Source of the DNA: Fistulifera solaris
Lineage: Eukaryota
DNA: 64,000 nt
Direction of reading: 5' to 3'
Assembly (NCBI GenBank): GCA_030295235.1
Contig: AP026136.1
Span: 930,001 to 994,000, forward strand
Within the stretch, counting starts at the first letter, position 1, and each line of letters begins with the position of its first letter. The notes beneath the pieces are model-generated. The model ran no database searches. It saw nothing but the letters and a program-made list of their open reading frames with translations, and was not told where the DNA came from. Shown here piece after piece: positions 1 to 11,330 of this stretch. The position numbers and the translations under genes are program-made.

Positions 1-1427
1 AGGAACTAGATGAATTGACGGATCGCATGCTGGAAGAGCTGGGTTTGAATAGTTGTGCAGACTCTTTTGTGGGTGGTCCTCTAATCAAGGGCATTTCTGG
101 AGGAGAGAGAAAGCGTACCAGCATTGGTATTGAGCTGGTGACAATGCCTTCAATCGTTTGTCTTGACGAACCCACCTCTGGGTTAGACGCGTTCTCTGCA
201 CTTCAATGTTGCGAAGTATTGAGAAAAGTTGCCAACGCCGGAGCTAGTGTTTTGTTCACCATTCATCAGCCTTCTTCCGAAATATTTGAAAGCTTGGATC
301 ATCTTATTTTAATGAACGGTGGACGCGTAATGTATCAGGGCTCGGTGAAGAACGTTTCACCGTTCTTTGGCGCCCGAGGTCACCCAGTTCCGAAAAATTA
401 TAACCCAGCGGATTGGCTTATCGTAAGTTGCTTGCTTGCATTCAATTTGCAATTTAATGTGTATTGTCTCACAGTTGATGTGCAGGATGTTGCTCAAGGT
501 GTATCCATGGAGGAGTTGAGCGAAGCTGGGTACTTCAATTCTGAGCAAAGAGTTAGAAGCTACAGAAAGTCCGTTTGTTGTCTTAAAGATAACGATTCAA
601 TAAGTCTTTGTGAAGAAGTAGTAAATCTCTTTCGAAGAGAGCTGCTGAACCTAAGACGTGATTGGACGGCGCCTTTTAACAGAGTGTTTGTGATGGGAGC
701 CTTGTCACTCTTCATCGGGATGATCTTCCTTGACGTTGGGAATGGAGACAAGCTCGATCCTTTCACCCTTCAAAGTCAGTTCGGTGCCATGATGATCGTG
801 TTAATCACATGTATGATGAGTGCCGTGCAGTTGACAATGTTTGTTTACCCTGAACAACGACCGATATTCCTTCGCGAATATAGTACAAATCATTATTCAG
901 CCTTTTCCTACCTCATGGCTCATCTAACCGCTGAAGCAATCTTAGTTGCCGTGAAAGTGTTCATTGTCGTCACACCTATCTACTTCATGGTTGGTTTATC
1001 GGGAAGTTATCTCATCTACATTCTGCTTACATTTACGCTATCAATGGCCATTACCGCGCAAGCGACTTGTGCGGCGTGTCTCGGTGGCGACAATGTGAAG
1101 CTGGTGACTCAGTTAACGCCTCTGATTTTTCAACCGCAGCTACTTTTCGCTGGCTTCTTCCTAAGCCCAGAGTTGATGCCAAACTGGATTCGTCCTATCC
1201 AGTTAGTTTGTACTATGACATATGCAACTCGAATATTGGTTGTGGAGGAGTTTCACGAGTGCAGCAGCGATGCCAGGGAGAGCAACGCTTGCCAAAAAAT
1301 GCTAGCGAGTACTAGGTCCGACCCGGATGACGTCTGGTGGAATTGGCTTATTTTAGCTGGTATTTTTGTTTTCTTCAGACTGTTGGCTATCTTCTTGCTG
1401 CAGCGATCAGCTAACGAATTTTACTAG
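1..1427 (+). CDS. ABCG (White-family) half transporter, 5'-truncated by window edge
   Basis: ISGGERKR signature, CLDEPTSGLD Walker B, TIHQPS H-loop, then ABC2 membrane domain (ERPIFLRE-like QRPIFLRE, LLFAGFF). Probable in-frame intron ~423-486 (gtaagt...tgcag). Confidence 0.93.
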   Translation, partial: ELDELTDRMLEELGLNSCADSFVGGPLIKGISGGERKRTSIGIELVTMPSIVCLDEPTSGLDAFSALQCCEVLRKVANAGASVLFTIHQPSSEIFESLDHLILMNGGRVMYQGSVKNVSPFFGARGHPVPKNYNPADWLIVSCLLAFNLQFNVYCLTVDVQDVAQGVSMEELSEAGYFNSEQRVRSYRKSVCCLKDNDSISLCEEVVNLFRRELLNLRRDWTAPFNRVFVMGALSLFIGMIFLDVGNGDKLDPFTLQSQFGAMMIVLITCMMSAVQLTMFVYPEQRPIFLREYSTNHYSAFSYLMAHLTAEAILVAVKVFIVVTPIYFMVGLSGSYLIYILLTFTLSMAITAQATCAACLGGDNVKLVTQLTPLIFQPQLLFAGFFLSPELMPNWIRPIQLVCTMTYATRILVVEEFHECSSDARESNACQKMLASTRSDPDDVWWNWLILAGIFVFFRLLAIFLLQRSANEFY

Positions 1428-1455
1428 GCAGTTATACCTGAAAGACGAATTTACA

Positions 1456-2097
1456 TCATGAGTACTTGTGCCGTTTGCGTTCTGTTTCTGATGGTCCTCC
1501 TGATTGTCGTCTCATTGTAGCTACAACCCCAACTTTCAAGCCTTCATCTTGACTGGTTGAAAAGATACTTTTCTCCTTAATTTTCCTTTTCTTTTGAAAT
1601 GATTGCCAGGACTTCTGCTTCTTCTCCGACTCGATCTCCTTCATCTCTTGACGGTGTTTGCTTTTTAATGTTTTTATCGCTCGACGCTTACGATTTTTCT
1701 CAGCTTCTGTATCATTATCGCGCGGAATCAAATGATCGGGTATCTGAAACTCCTTGACTTTTTTCGAGGCCTTTATGGGTTCTGCTGGCTCACCTTCGGC
1801 TCGAGGGATTGGAAGAGCATGGGTGTCCTGTTCGCCGAGCTGTGTCCCAGATAGATCTGTTTGCCCAACAGAGGTCTCAACTGCGGCTTCTAAAGCCTTT
1901 TCAAGAATATCCGGCTCAAATTTTGTTGTCGATCTCTTTTCGCTCTCTAATGATTGTTTAGTAATAGAGAGAAGTTCTAAAAGGTCTGATTTCAGGGAGA
2001 GCAACGCCTCGTCGGTCGGAGATGCCCCCAACAGCTGCTCTACATCGGCCAGCTGGTTCTGATATTCTCGAATTTGCTCTGCAATCTCGTCGGCCAT
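1456..2097 (-). CDS. SPF30/SMNDC1-like splicing factor, apparently without Tudor domain
   Basis: N-terminal 'EYQNQLADVEQLL...LKSDLLELL' helix and C-terminal 'KQKSWQSF...SIFST...KVGV' resemble SPF30 termini. Confidence 0.65.
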   Translation of the reverse strand: MADEIAEQIREYQNQLADVEQLLGASPTDEALLSLKSDLLELLSITKQSLESEKRSTTKFEPDILEKALEAAVETSVGQTDLSGTQLGEQDTHALPIPRAEGEPAEPIKASKKVKEFQIPDHLIPRDNDTEAEKNRKRRAIKTLKSKHRQEMKEIESEKKQKSWQSFQKKRKIKEKSIFSTSQDEGLKVGVVATMRRQSGGPSETERKRHKYS

Positions 2098-2571
2098 AGC
2101 TTTGTAATGCTCAGTGCGCTTTCAATGAATAATTACCTCGTGTTATTGCTTAGCTCTTGTTTTTCGCACCCAACTCGCGTCTCGGTTCGGCGTTTCCTGA
2201 AAACTGAAACGCACCTATCACAGACGACGGTCAGAACCTGACATGCTATGTCTGCGTTTCATATCATAAAATCCGTACTATTTTAGCCATTTTTTACATG
2301 ATTGATGTTCAGATGTAGCTATTTCACGCAAATTACTCTCAAACACCAAGCACTCATTATCTAAAGTCTCTGTGACGCGTCTAAATCGCACCACCAACGA
2401 AATGGCTCGACCTAGCTATTCAAAGATTATCAGTACAAACTCCATTTACAGCGTCCGGGATAATAGGCTTTGGCCTTCTCTAGACCTCAGACCAAAGCTA
2501 GAAACCAGATGAGCATGGGGGGATTTATGTCGACACAGTACTCTCTGCTTGCCTGCTTCTGTAGAAGCAAG

Positions 2572-5500
2572 TTATAGAGCTAACACGGAGCTCGATTTGG
2601 CTCCCCCTGTTCGTCCGCACAGCTCCTTTATCAGCCTTGCTAAAAAGGAGCCTCTTCCAAAGAGCCAATTTTTAGTTTTCGCTGCCAAACCTGTTCCTAC
2701 TTTGGTGGCCACAAGCGACGTTCCGCAATCGTCGATGAAAATTTTTGGAAAGAACAATTTGCGCGCTGTGTCAAGCCAAAGGACAGTTGAGCTGAGCATT
2801 GCAATATAAATGATATCTTCGATGCTGATTGCTTCCGTTTGAAATACCTGCTGAAATGGAGGCGCAAAGACAATTAAAAACTGCCCCACCATGCTCAAAC
2901 CAACTGCCCAAATGAAAGCCATGTTCTTCAGTTTTGCAAGAAGGACAACGTTAGGTACCACAGGACGTTAAACCTCCTCAAAATATCTTAAAATGATACT
3001 GGAAATACTTACTCCAGAGACTGAAATTTCGTAAAAACACTTATTGGCCGATCGACATACGTACGCATTGAAAAGATCGCAGTTGACAAACGTCATGAAT
3101 GTCATCGTCGTGTCTCGCTTCGAAACGTTGCCGTCTTCCAATTCATGCGAGAAAACTGGCAAAAGAATCAATGTTGGTGAGACGTGTGGGTAGGATGATC
3201 GCTTCCTGTTTAGCATCGTTTGCGAAAATTTACCTTTTAATGTCAGAAACAGAATAAGGACTGAACTTGTTATGGCACGCAATAGTAAGGCTCTCGTTAC
3301 AATAGGGTCATTAGAGCGCCTCGGTTTCGCCTCTAAAATGGCGTCAGAGACGGGTTCAACTCCAAGGCTTTGTGCAGGAGGACCATCCATGACAACATTG
3401 ATCCACAGAATTTGCATGGCATTCAAAGGCGGTGGCAAACCCAGCGCGGTAGCCATGCCAGCCAGGGATAGTGCCGCGAAGGATGTGCTTAATTGGAAAG
3501 CAAGGAAGCAGCGTATATTGAAAAATATCCCTTTCCCCTCTCTGATGGCAGTCGTTATGGTGCTGAAATTGTCATCGGCAAGTACCACGTCGGCAGCTTC
3601 TTTAGCAACATCAGTGCCCTTTCCCATAGCTATTCCTACATCCGAAGCCTTTAGCGAGAGAGCGTCGTTTACTCCGTCGCCGGTCATTGCTACGATTTCG
3701 CCACTCCTTTGCACTTTTTTAAACAAGGTAAGAGAATGGTCGAACTCAATGGTTCACACGAGTTGCATCACTACGTACGTGCTCGAACAATGGCGAGTTT
3801 GTGCCGTGGAACTACACGGTAGAAAACTCGCACATTTAAAATACTAAATGGCAGATTCTCGGGTGGTATCGCATCGAGCTCAGCCCCACTCAGCGACTCC
3901 GTGACGCCATTCTCGACATCGTTAGACGACAAAAGTAGATCACTAAGGCCATCTACTAAGAACTCAGGGTCGATGTCTCCAATGATGCCACACCGCTTAG
4001 CAATTGCAATGGCTGTTTCCTTCGAGTCGCCGGTCACCATCATCACTTTTACGCCTCCCGCCCGTAATTTCCGGATAGACTCAGAGACGCCCTCGCGTGG
4101 AGGGTCCTCCATTCCCATGAGTCCAGCAAATGTCAAGTGTCCCAATGTTCGGCCAAATGCGAAAGCAAGAACCCGAAGTCCACTTGCGGCCATACGCCGA
4201 GACTGAGAAAGCACAAGTGCTCTGTCGTCTTCGGCAAGATTGTCCGATGCGCCATTTGGGAGAACAAAGGACACACACTCGCCCAACACCTTCTCAGGCA
4301 TTCCCTTGACAAAATAAAGACTCCCATCAGCAGACAACCGACTCCCTCGTTTTGGAGGTGTTTGCACGGAACACGCGTCTGTAAATGTTTCGCAAACATG
4401 CATTCCGTTCACCGGCCTAGCCCTAACTTCCATGCATTTCCTATCACTCGTAAACGGCACTTCCTGAAGTCGATGATACTGAGGCCTAGGATCAGGAACA
4501 CCAGTCTTAGCCGCCGCTACTAATAGCGCCAGTTCTGTAGGTTGACCAGAAAGCGTACCACCCGTGTGACCTTCGGCCTCAGCGTCAATGCATTCAACAA
4601 GCGTTGCATTATTACAAAGACAAGCAGTGTTCAAAAGAGCATGCAGCGCCTTAAATTCGGCAAAGTCAACTTGTTGTGCTTTATAGGAAGCCACTCGCTG
4701 CTCGCCCGAAGGACTTAACCATGTCAGCTTCCCAGAATGAACCCCATAGCCGACACCTGTATAAGTGAAGTTGGTCTGAGGCCATGCAAGAGTGAACATA
4801 CTTCGAACCGTCATCTCGTTTTGCGTGAGAGTTCCCGTTTTATCTGACGCTACAGATGTTATGCAACCTAGTGACTCCACAACTGGAAGCTTCTTTACAA
4901 TCGCTTTGTAGCGCGCCATTCTCAACACACCCAAGGCCAATGTAACAGTGACACAAATCGGAAGACCTTCTGGTATAGCAGCAACCGCAAGACTAACAGC
5001 CACCGTGAGCGTTTCTAACAATGGTCGACCCTTACGCCATCCCCATAGGCCAATCACAACAATGGCAAGTGAACTGAAGAACGCGAGTCTTTGTCCTAGC
5101 TCGTCGATTTTAACTTGAAGAGGTGACTTTCGACTGGCTACTTGACCCAACTCCATCGAAATCTTGCCAAACTCAGTCGAACAGCCGACAGCAAGAACGA
5201 TTGCTCTGGCGCGACCAGATATCACCATGGTTCCAGCAAAGGCGACGTTCTCCTGTTGGGTCAACAGAGGATTTGGCGGTAAGCGAAGTCCTTCACCGGT
5301 TTTGCCGACAGGGTGGTTTTCACCTGTTAGCGACGACTCGTCCACCATGAGCTCCACCGAGTCTACTATTCTACAATCGGCGGGGACCCGACTAATGCGC
5401 GTTGAGATACAGACAGAACATTTGTAAGCAATCGCCAAACAAACTTACTCTCCAGTGGATAAAATGACAAGGTCTCCAATCACAAGGTCAACGGCCAGAA

Positions 5501-6224
5501 AGTCGTCCATTACTTTTCCATCCCTTACCACTGTACATTCATGCGGAACCAAATGAGCCAGTTTTTCTAGGGCTACGTCAGATCGATACTCTTGAATAGC
5601 AGCCACCAAGCTCACAATCATCAAAGCAATAGAAATGCTAACAGCATCTGCCACGTTTCCAAGAATTACAGAGATACCAGCCGAACCCAGCAGCATCAAT
5701 ATTAGAGGCTCTTTAAATTGCGACATTACTCCCTCCAGTATGGGCTGTATTTTAGAGAACAAGCGCCCGCGTAAACCTCGAGTCGTCTCATTGTCTCCCT
5801 CGCTACTAACATCACCCTTCATTCGATTCGCACCGAAACGACGGCGCAACAAAGATATTTGTCGCGACGGCCAGCCATGGCTGAGCAGTTGCGAAGTATT
5901 ACTTGTTTCCTTGCTAGAGGCAAGTGCTGCTATATGTCGTGCAACGTCTTCCGGCTGCCAGGAGCATTCTTCGGACCTTGTGTAGGGATACTCTTCTTCC
6001 GTTGCGAGTGCCCTTTTACTGTTTGTTGTTATCATTTCCGTCGCACCAAAGATTAATACAGTAACGGAGTCTAATGAGAAGAAGGAGAATGCTGAATTGA
6101 AAGATGCTTTGATTATTGAAGGTTTCCCTTCTGAAATGACGTCCACAGGCAACTTGCGATGAGGGTGTGAGAAACGTAACTCGGGACCCATTGCGATGTC
6201 ACAGTCACGCACAAATTTCGACAT
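2572..6224 (-). CDS. Secretory-pathway Ca2+/Mn2+ P2-type ATPase (PMR1/SPCA-like), multi-exon
   Basis: DESSLTGE, AIPEGL, DKTGTLT phosphorylation motif, KGMPE, MVTGD, MTGDGVND and MQILWINVVMDGPPAQSLGVEP across ORFs 5445-6224, 3771-5438, 2968-3726 and 2572-2961. Start codon uncertain. Confidence 0.93.
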
Positions 6225-6297
6225 TGCTCAAGAACTAAGTCGAAATTTTTAGAAGTACACAAGTTGAGTTATTCAAAAAGCTTAAAGGCTAAAGGGT

Positions 6298-7953
6298 TCA
6301 CTCATCTGTTTCCTCTTTCTTTCTTGCTTTGAATCTTTCAGCGCCTTCCAAAGCTTCTGCGGCTTGCTGAAGAGCATTGCGGACTTCCTCATCGAGTGAG
6401 GACAAATCGCGACGTGTTGAGGGAGCTTTCTTGTCGACCTTGTCAACTATAGCCTGTTTCGGCGGAAAAGGGGGTGCTTTCAATGAAGACTTCTTGACAT
6501 TTTCCGATGCATCGGGCTGAGTCTTGGGTGGCTTAGGAGGCGCTAATGGCTTGTTCGTGGCTACAGGTGAGGATCGTGGAGTTGGTTTCTGCAGAGCCGC
6601 TGTGGGACTTTTCACTTGTACCGACTGTTTTGCTTTTACTTTCATTGCTTGCTCGGCCGCGTTAGAACTCGTTTGATGCTTCGTTCCTGCTTTATTCGAG
6701 TCCAATCTCTCTACCACGGCATTGTAAGCAGCAGTTCCGATCGCTTTCGCAAGCCACCACGTTGCTTTCCCCGTCGTTTTCAATACGAATCCCGTCACTT
6801 TGAAAACAACATCGCTCGCTTTTGGAGGACTCGGAGGAGGTATTGACGGCGGCTTTGGTTTTGGCTTTTCCAGTCCTACCAACACTTTCACACTTGTGGC
6901 ACCATCGTTCACTGTTTCAATGACTTTCGTGAACGTTTGCTTTGTTTCGTCGGCTTTTCGTTGTACAGTATTTGGTAGATCTCGGACATCCGCAACGAAC
7001 TGCTTTGTAGTCGACACAGTGCTTTCAACCTTGTTTTGGATGTCCTCTACAGTCTCTTTCGCCTTGACAGGTATAGCCTGCATGGTTTCAACTGCATCTT
7101 CTACCGTCTCAGGAATCGTGGCTGCAAAGCGGGCGGTCGATTCGGCGGCTTTTTGAATTTCCCTAGGCATCGATAGCATAAAATTAACAAACGATTTGAT
7201 GCTATCAGCTACCGCATATACAAAATCTTTCACTTCCTCCACCTTCTTTTGAGTTTCTAGTCTTTGCAAGCGGATTCTTTCTTTGCCTTCTAGTTGAACT
7301 AATTCCACCTGGGCTGCCAGCCGATTGAATATATTTCCTGACCGCAAGCGAGGCTCTAACTCAGCCAATACTTGGGGACTCAGCAAGCTACCCTTACTGC
7401 TCACTTCGGCTACCGATAGAACTGGTAAAGAGTTGACCCGTTTCATTCGAACTTCGGCTGACGCCTCGGGCTTGTTTGTGATAGCCTTTCCGGCGATGTC
7501 CAGTGTTCCATAAAACACGTCTTTTACCTGATCAAACGGAGAATCCTTACTCAACTGAAATTTGTCTTCAGTGGCAAACAAAGAGACTGTAGAAGAAGGT
7601 TCAGCCTTTCCCAGTAGCGCTGCTTTCCGTTCCGAATAACCATCGATCACTTTACTCTCTGCGGCGGCTTTTCCTTTAGCCAAGTTTTGAAGTGTATCAA
7701 CACCGGTGTAGATAGTTTTCTTAAACTGATCAAATTCATTTATGCTCTTTTCTTTCCTTATTGTTTGTTGCAATGCTCGTTGAGCCGGAGTCAGGTTCCG
7801 TTTATCATTGTTTTCGACAGCAAACCGTTTCCATTTGAAGTTGCCGGACAGGCTCTGCTGATTTTGTTTACAGCTTGGAAAAGCCTTCGAAAATACCACA
7901 GTTGCAGCAAAAACGAATAGCCGAAACAGTTTGAACCGAGGTCGATTTAGCAT
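6298..7953 (-). CDS. Hypothetical, probably plastid-targeted coiled-coil protein with Pro/Lys-rich C-terminus
   Basis: 551-aa ORF; hydrophobic signal ending 'FSKAF' (ASAF-like); amphipathic repeats in the middle. Confidence 0.75.
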   Translation of the reverse strand: MLNRPRFKLFRLFVFAATVVFSKAFPSCKQNQQSLSGNFKWKRFAVENNDKRNLTPAQRALQQTIRKEKSINEFDQFKKTIYTGVDTLQNLAKGKAAAESKVIDGYSERKAALLGKAEPSSTVSLFATEDKFQLSKDSPFDQVKDVFYGTLDIAGKAITNKPEASAEVRMKRVNSLPVLSVAEVSSKGSLLSPQVLAELEPRLRSGNIFNRLAAQVELVQLEGKERIRLQRLETQKKVEEVKDFVYAVADSIKSFVNFMLSMPREIQKAAESTARFAATIPETVEDAVETMQAIPVKAKETVEDIQNKVESTVSTTKQFVADVRDLPNTVQRKADETKQTFTKVIETVNDGATSVKVLVGLEKPKPKPPSIPPPSPPKASDVVFKVTGFVLKTTGKATWWLAKAIGTAAYNAVVERLDSNKAGTKHQTSSNAAEQAMKVKAKQSVQVKSPTAALQKPTPRSSPVATNKPLAPPKPPKTQPDASENVKKSSLKAPPFPPKQAIVDKVDKKAPSTRRDLSSLDEEVRNALQQAAEALEGAERFKARKKEETDE

Positions 7954-8528
7954 GATCTTTATTCACTATGTGATTTATGCGCGGCGGGAGTTTTCGCAAC
8001 AGACCAAAGAAATTGCAACGTCCAACTTTCAAAATCACTTGAACTAGAAACAGGTTCGTTAATACAGACTCTAATCCAAGTATTGCCTCACGAGAAGCTC
8101 GTTGCTTGTCGCGTTTCGGAACTCGGAACGCTTTTGTTTTTTCGTGGCCGCTTTTCCCATTGTGAGCGAAGATTTTGCCGGATCTTTCCTTCAAGAAAGG
8201 ACGGGTTCTTGCATTACTTGTACGACATTTACCATGACTGAATCCAGTCATGGCAAAGTGCTGCCTACACTCTGGGATTATAGTTAAACTTGAATAGGCT
8301 ATAAAATCTAGGCGCAAATTGCAACCGTGGTTTACAGTCGATAGCATGACATTCTATCCTACTGGCTAATGATTATTGCTACTACCGATCGATATATGGA
8401 CTAACGATCAAACGTCGTAAGGTTGTTCATTGCCTTGTCGGAGAAACACACCGACGAACATCAATCAATTGATACCAACCATATCAAGGAAAACCAGTTA
8501 CAAAAACTGTCTCGTGCAGAATGTAAAA

Positions 8529-10700
8529 CTATAATGTTGATTGCTTACGTTTCTTGTGAGCTTTCCTTGAACATTTTGGATAAAGCAGATTGGATTCGTG
8601 AGATCTAGCAAAGAGTAGGGCGAGTAGCTCAGGAGGGACAGATCCCATCGTTCCGTTGCCGCCCGATTGATCCGACAACACAACGTGAAAGCACCGTTTT
8701 CGCGGATCGAAGTTAGTCATCAATGTGACCTGAAAAGAAATAATATGAGAAAATACCTACCTAGTACATGCGACAACCTGAAGTGCCTCCTTTTCTTACT
8801 CACCGTCATGACAAGCGGGAAAGAAACATTCTCATCATTTCTTTTTCTTGGAAAACTGACGCATGGTAATGTTAGGGTCAATTTTCCACTCAATCGCTTC
8901 ATGCTTCCTTCCTGCGACGGAGAAGACGATCTTAAAGCCTTTGCAACGAAATCGAAAAGTTTTGCGAGCTCTCGTGAAGGCACTAAACTGAAGATTGTCA
9001 ATCTCTGTAATTCCTTGGGCTCAAGACCAGTGATTACCAAGAAGAACGCATTCCCTGTTACAAGACAGTGAGTAAGATATAGAATGCACACATCGATACC
9101 CAATCAAACCACACTGATCACTTACATGCAACAATCTTTCCCGAGTCGGTTGCTAACAACTGAGGAATACTAGACTTGATAAATACGTCCTGAAAATTCA
9201 GATCGAAGTCTCCAGTAGCAACATTCAAAGAGTTGATTCTCCTTGGTCGAGTGTTTCCATTTAAGCCCATAATCCCACATGGTAACGACGTTGTAGATTC
9301 TGTTATAGCCGTTCTTGCCTCATTTTCTACACCGCTGGACCCTGCAGATGATAGGGTAGACTGATGTGAAACTATTAAACGTTGTGCTTTTCGCCCTTTT
9401 GAAGAATCTCTTATAGCACCACCTACTCCAGTGACGGCTTTAGGTGGCATTTTGGCTGACATGGACGAATCGGTAAGATCAGATAAAGTGCTTTCTGGCT
9501 CGGAACGCTCTTGTTGTACCAATTCATCTTCTACTACTCGTAAACGTCTGACCTCCAACTGATTCTTTACATCTTGTAGAGCTTTTTCTTTGAGCTCATT
9601 TGCATTTTTCATGTGCTTAAGATATCGAGCACACCTTGAGTGAGATTGGAGGCCTAATAGTTAGTGCGTGTTGCTGTAAAGCTAGTCATCCGGAACTTAA
9701 CTTACGAGGATAAAGTGTGGAACTTGCTGTTCACTTCAATCTTCCAACCATCCTTTTCCATTTTGACGCGCAACTGTTCAATTAAATTAGTTATTTGTTG
9801 AGCCCGCTTCTGCTCCTTTGCATTCTTGACTCCTTTACTCTCAACAGTACACGCCATTGCCCCAGGCAACCTGTTGTTATGTTCGTGGGTGGCTACGAAT
9901 TCCGGCATGGGGACACCAAATGGAAAATCGTCAAGACTCTGAGGCGTCTTTTGCGACGCAAGGAAGTTTGCATACAATTCCGCGGAACTACTCGAAATCA
10001 TAGAGGTACTCTTCTCTTTGTTAAAGTAGGAATGTGAAGAGGTGTCTTCAGCGTTCTTCATCTGCTCAGCCTCTACTGCCGTATGAAATAGAAAAGGGCT
10101 CGCACCCCAGGCCGCTGCAAGATTATTGAACGCTGCTTGTGCCATATTCAAAGCGTCATATGGCGGACACGCAGCTGATGACTGTATACCTTGAGGATGC
10201 AATTGGGTAGTTGTTTCCGGTCTGAATACATGCCCCGATGAATAATCACCGGTATGATCGATTTCATTGTAACTGCTGTTTGTGAATTCCAACGGTTCGT
10301 TCGATGACACAATTTCTACTGGTTGTTGCGTCAAACCTTTTAACTTTTCGTTCTCATGTAGGTGGTCAACTGTACTCATTCTACTCTCGCCTTGCTGATC
10401 GGATGGGATTGAAGATGTTGAACTCCTCGAGGTTAATCTTGTATTCGTCCCGGGCTTTCCGTCTGTTTCGATCCCGTCACCATCATCGCCATAATCTGTC
10501 ATCAACGTGTATTCGAGATTATTGCTGTTCGTTAATTCCCTCCAAACTGGGGCCCTATCTCGCCTTGAGCTCAAGAACCCCGTTTCGTCTCCCTCGAGCT
10601 TGTCGTTGCACTCGCCGTCCAATAACGAACAGAAATCGAGGTCCATCAGGTCCATTTTTCGATCATCATCTAAATCGTTCGATGCTTCCGATGGGGTCAT
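8529..10700 (-). CDS. bHLH-PAS transcription factor, multi-exon
   Basis: bHLH 'KNAKEQKRAQQITNLIEQLR...SKFHTLS' continued after an intron ('CARYLKHM'). PAS-like 'FQDVFIKSSIPQLLATDSGKIVAC/NAFFLVITG...LTIFSLV'. Last exon from ORF 8529-8723. Confidence 0.8.
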
Positions 10701-11330
10701 CTCTCGTTTAACTTAAGAATAATGACTTATCTTTTCTCTTCTTGTTCGACGTAGCTATTGTATCTCATTGACTTTTATTGCTTTGCGACGACCGCCTTGT
10801 GCTTCACGATTTCAAGATCAGAGATGCGCAGCGATTGCCATCTGTCGAAAACTCCTTGGCAACCGGCCCTTCGGTTTCAAAACTGGAAACTGGAAGTACT
10901 AACAAGTTTTATACTAGAAAAATTAGTACTGATTGTTACCAGTTGTCATCTGTCGCGGATGTCACTTTCCCACATTTTTCTAAAGAATTCAGAAGACCCA
11001 GTTGAAGTTTCAATTACTGTTTGTGGACGGGTGGTGGACAGGGAACGAACAAGCACGATTAAGGACAAGGGCACATCATAATACAACTACTAATCTAGCT
11101 TTTCACCTTTCACCGTTCCCTAAAATTCATGAAGTAACTCTCTATTGAACAAGCACATGGGTCGATTGCGGCAGAACTCTTAGAAACGAGAATCCATTTG
11201 GTATCGTTTTCCACAATTCAATAATATATTCGTATGTCTAATGTAAAGGTCCAGCACTATGCCAAATGCAATGTATCAAGAGCGTGCAACAAAACATGCT
11301 GGTTGGTTTCTTAACACAGGCTACCTAACT

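Noticed and set aside
3272..5985. Long antisense ORFs over the P-ATPase (and similar ones over other genes)
   Set aside because: Shadow frames of real genes with no recognisable motifs.
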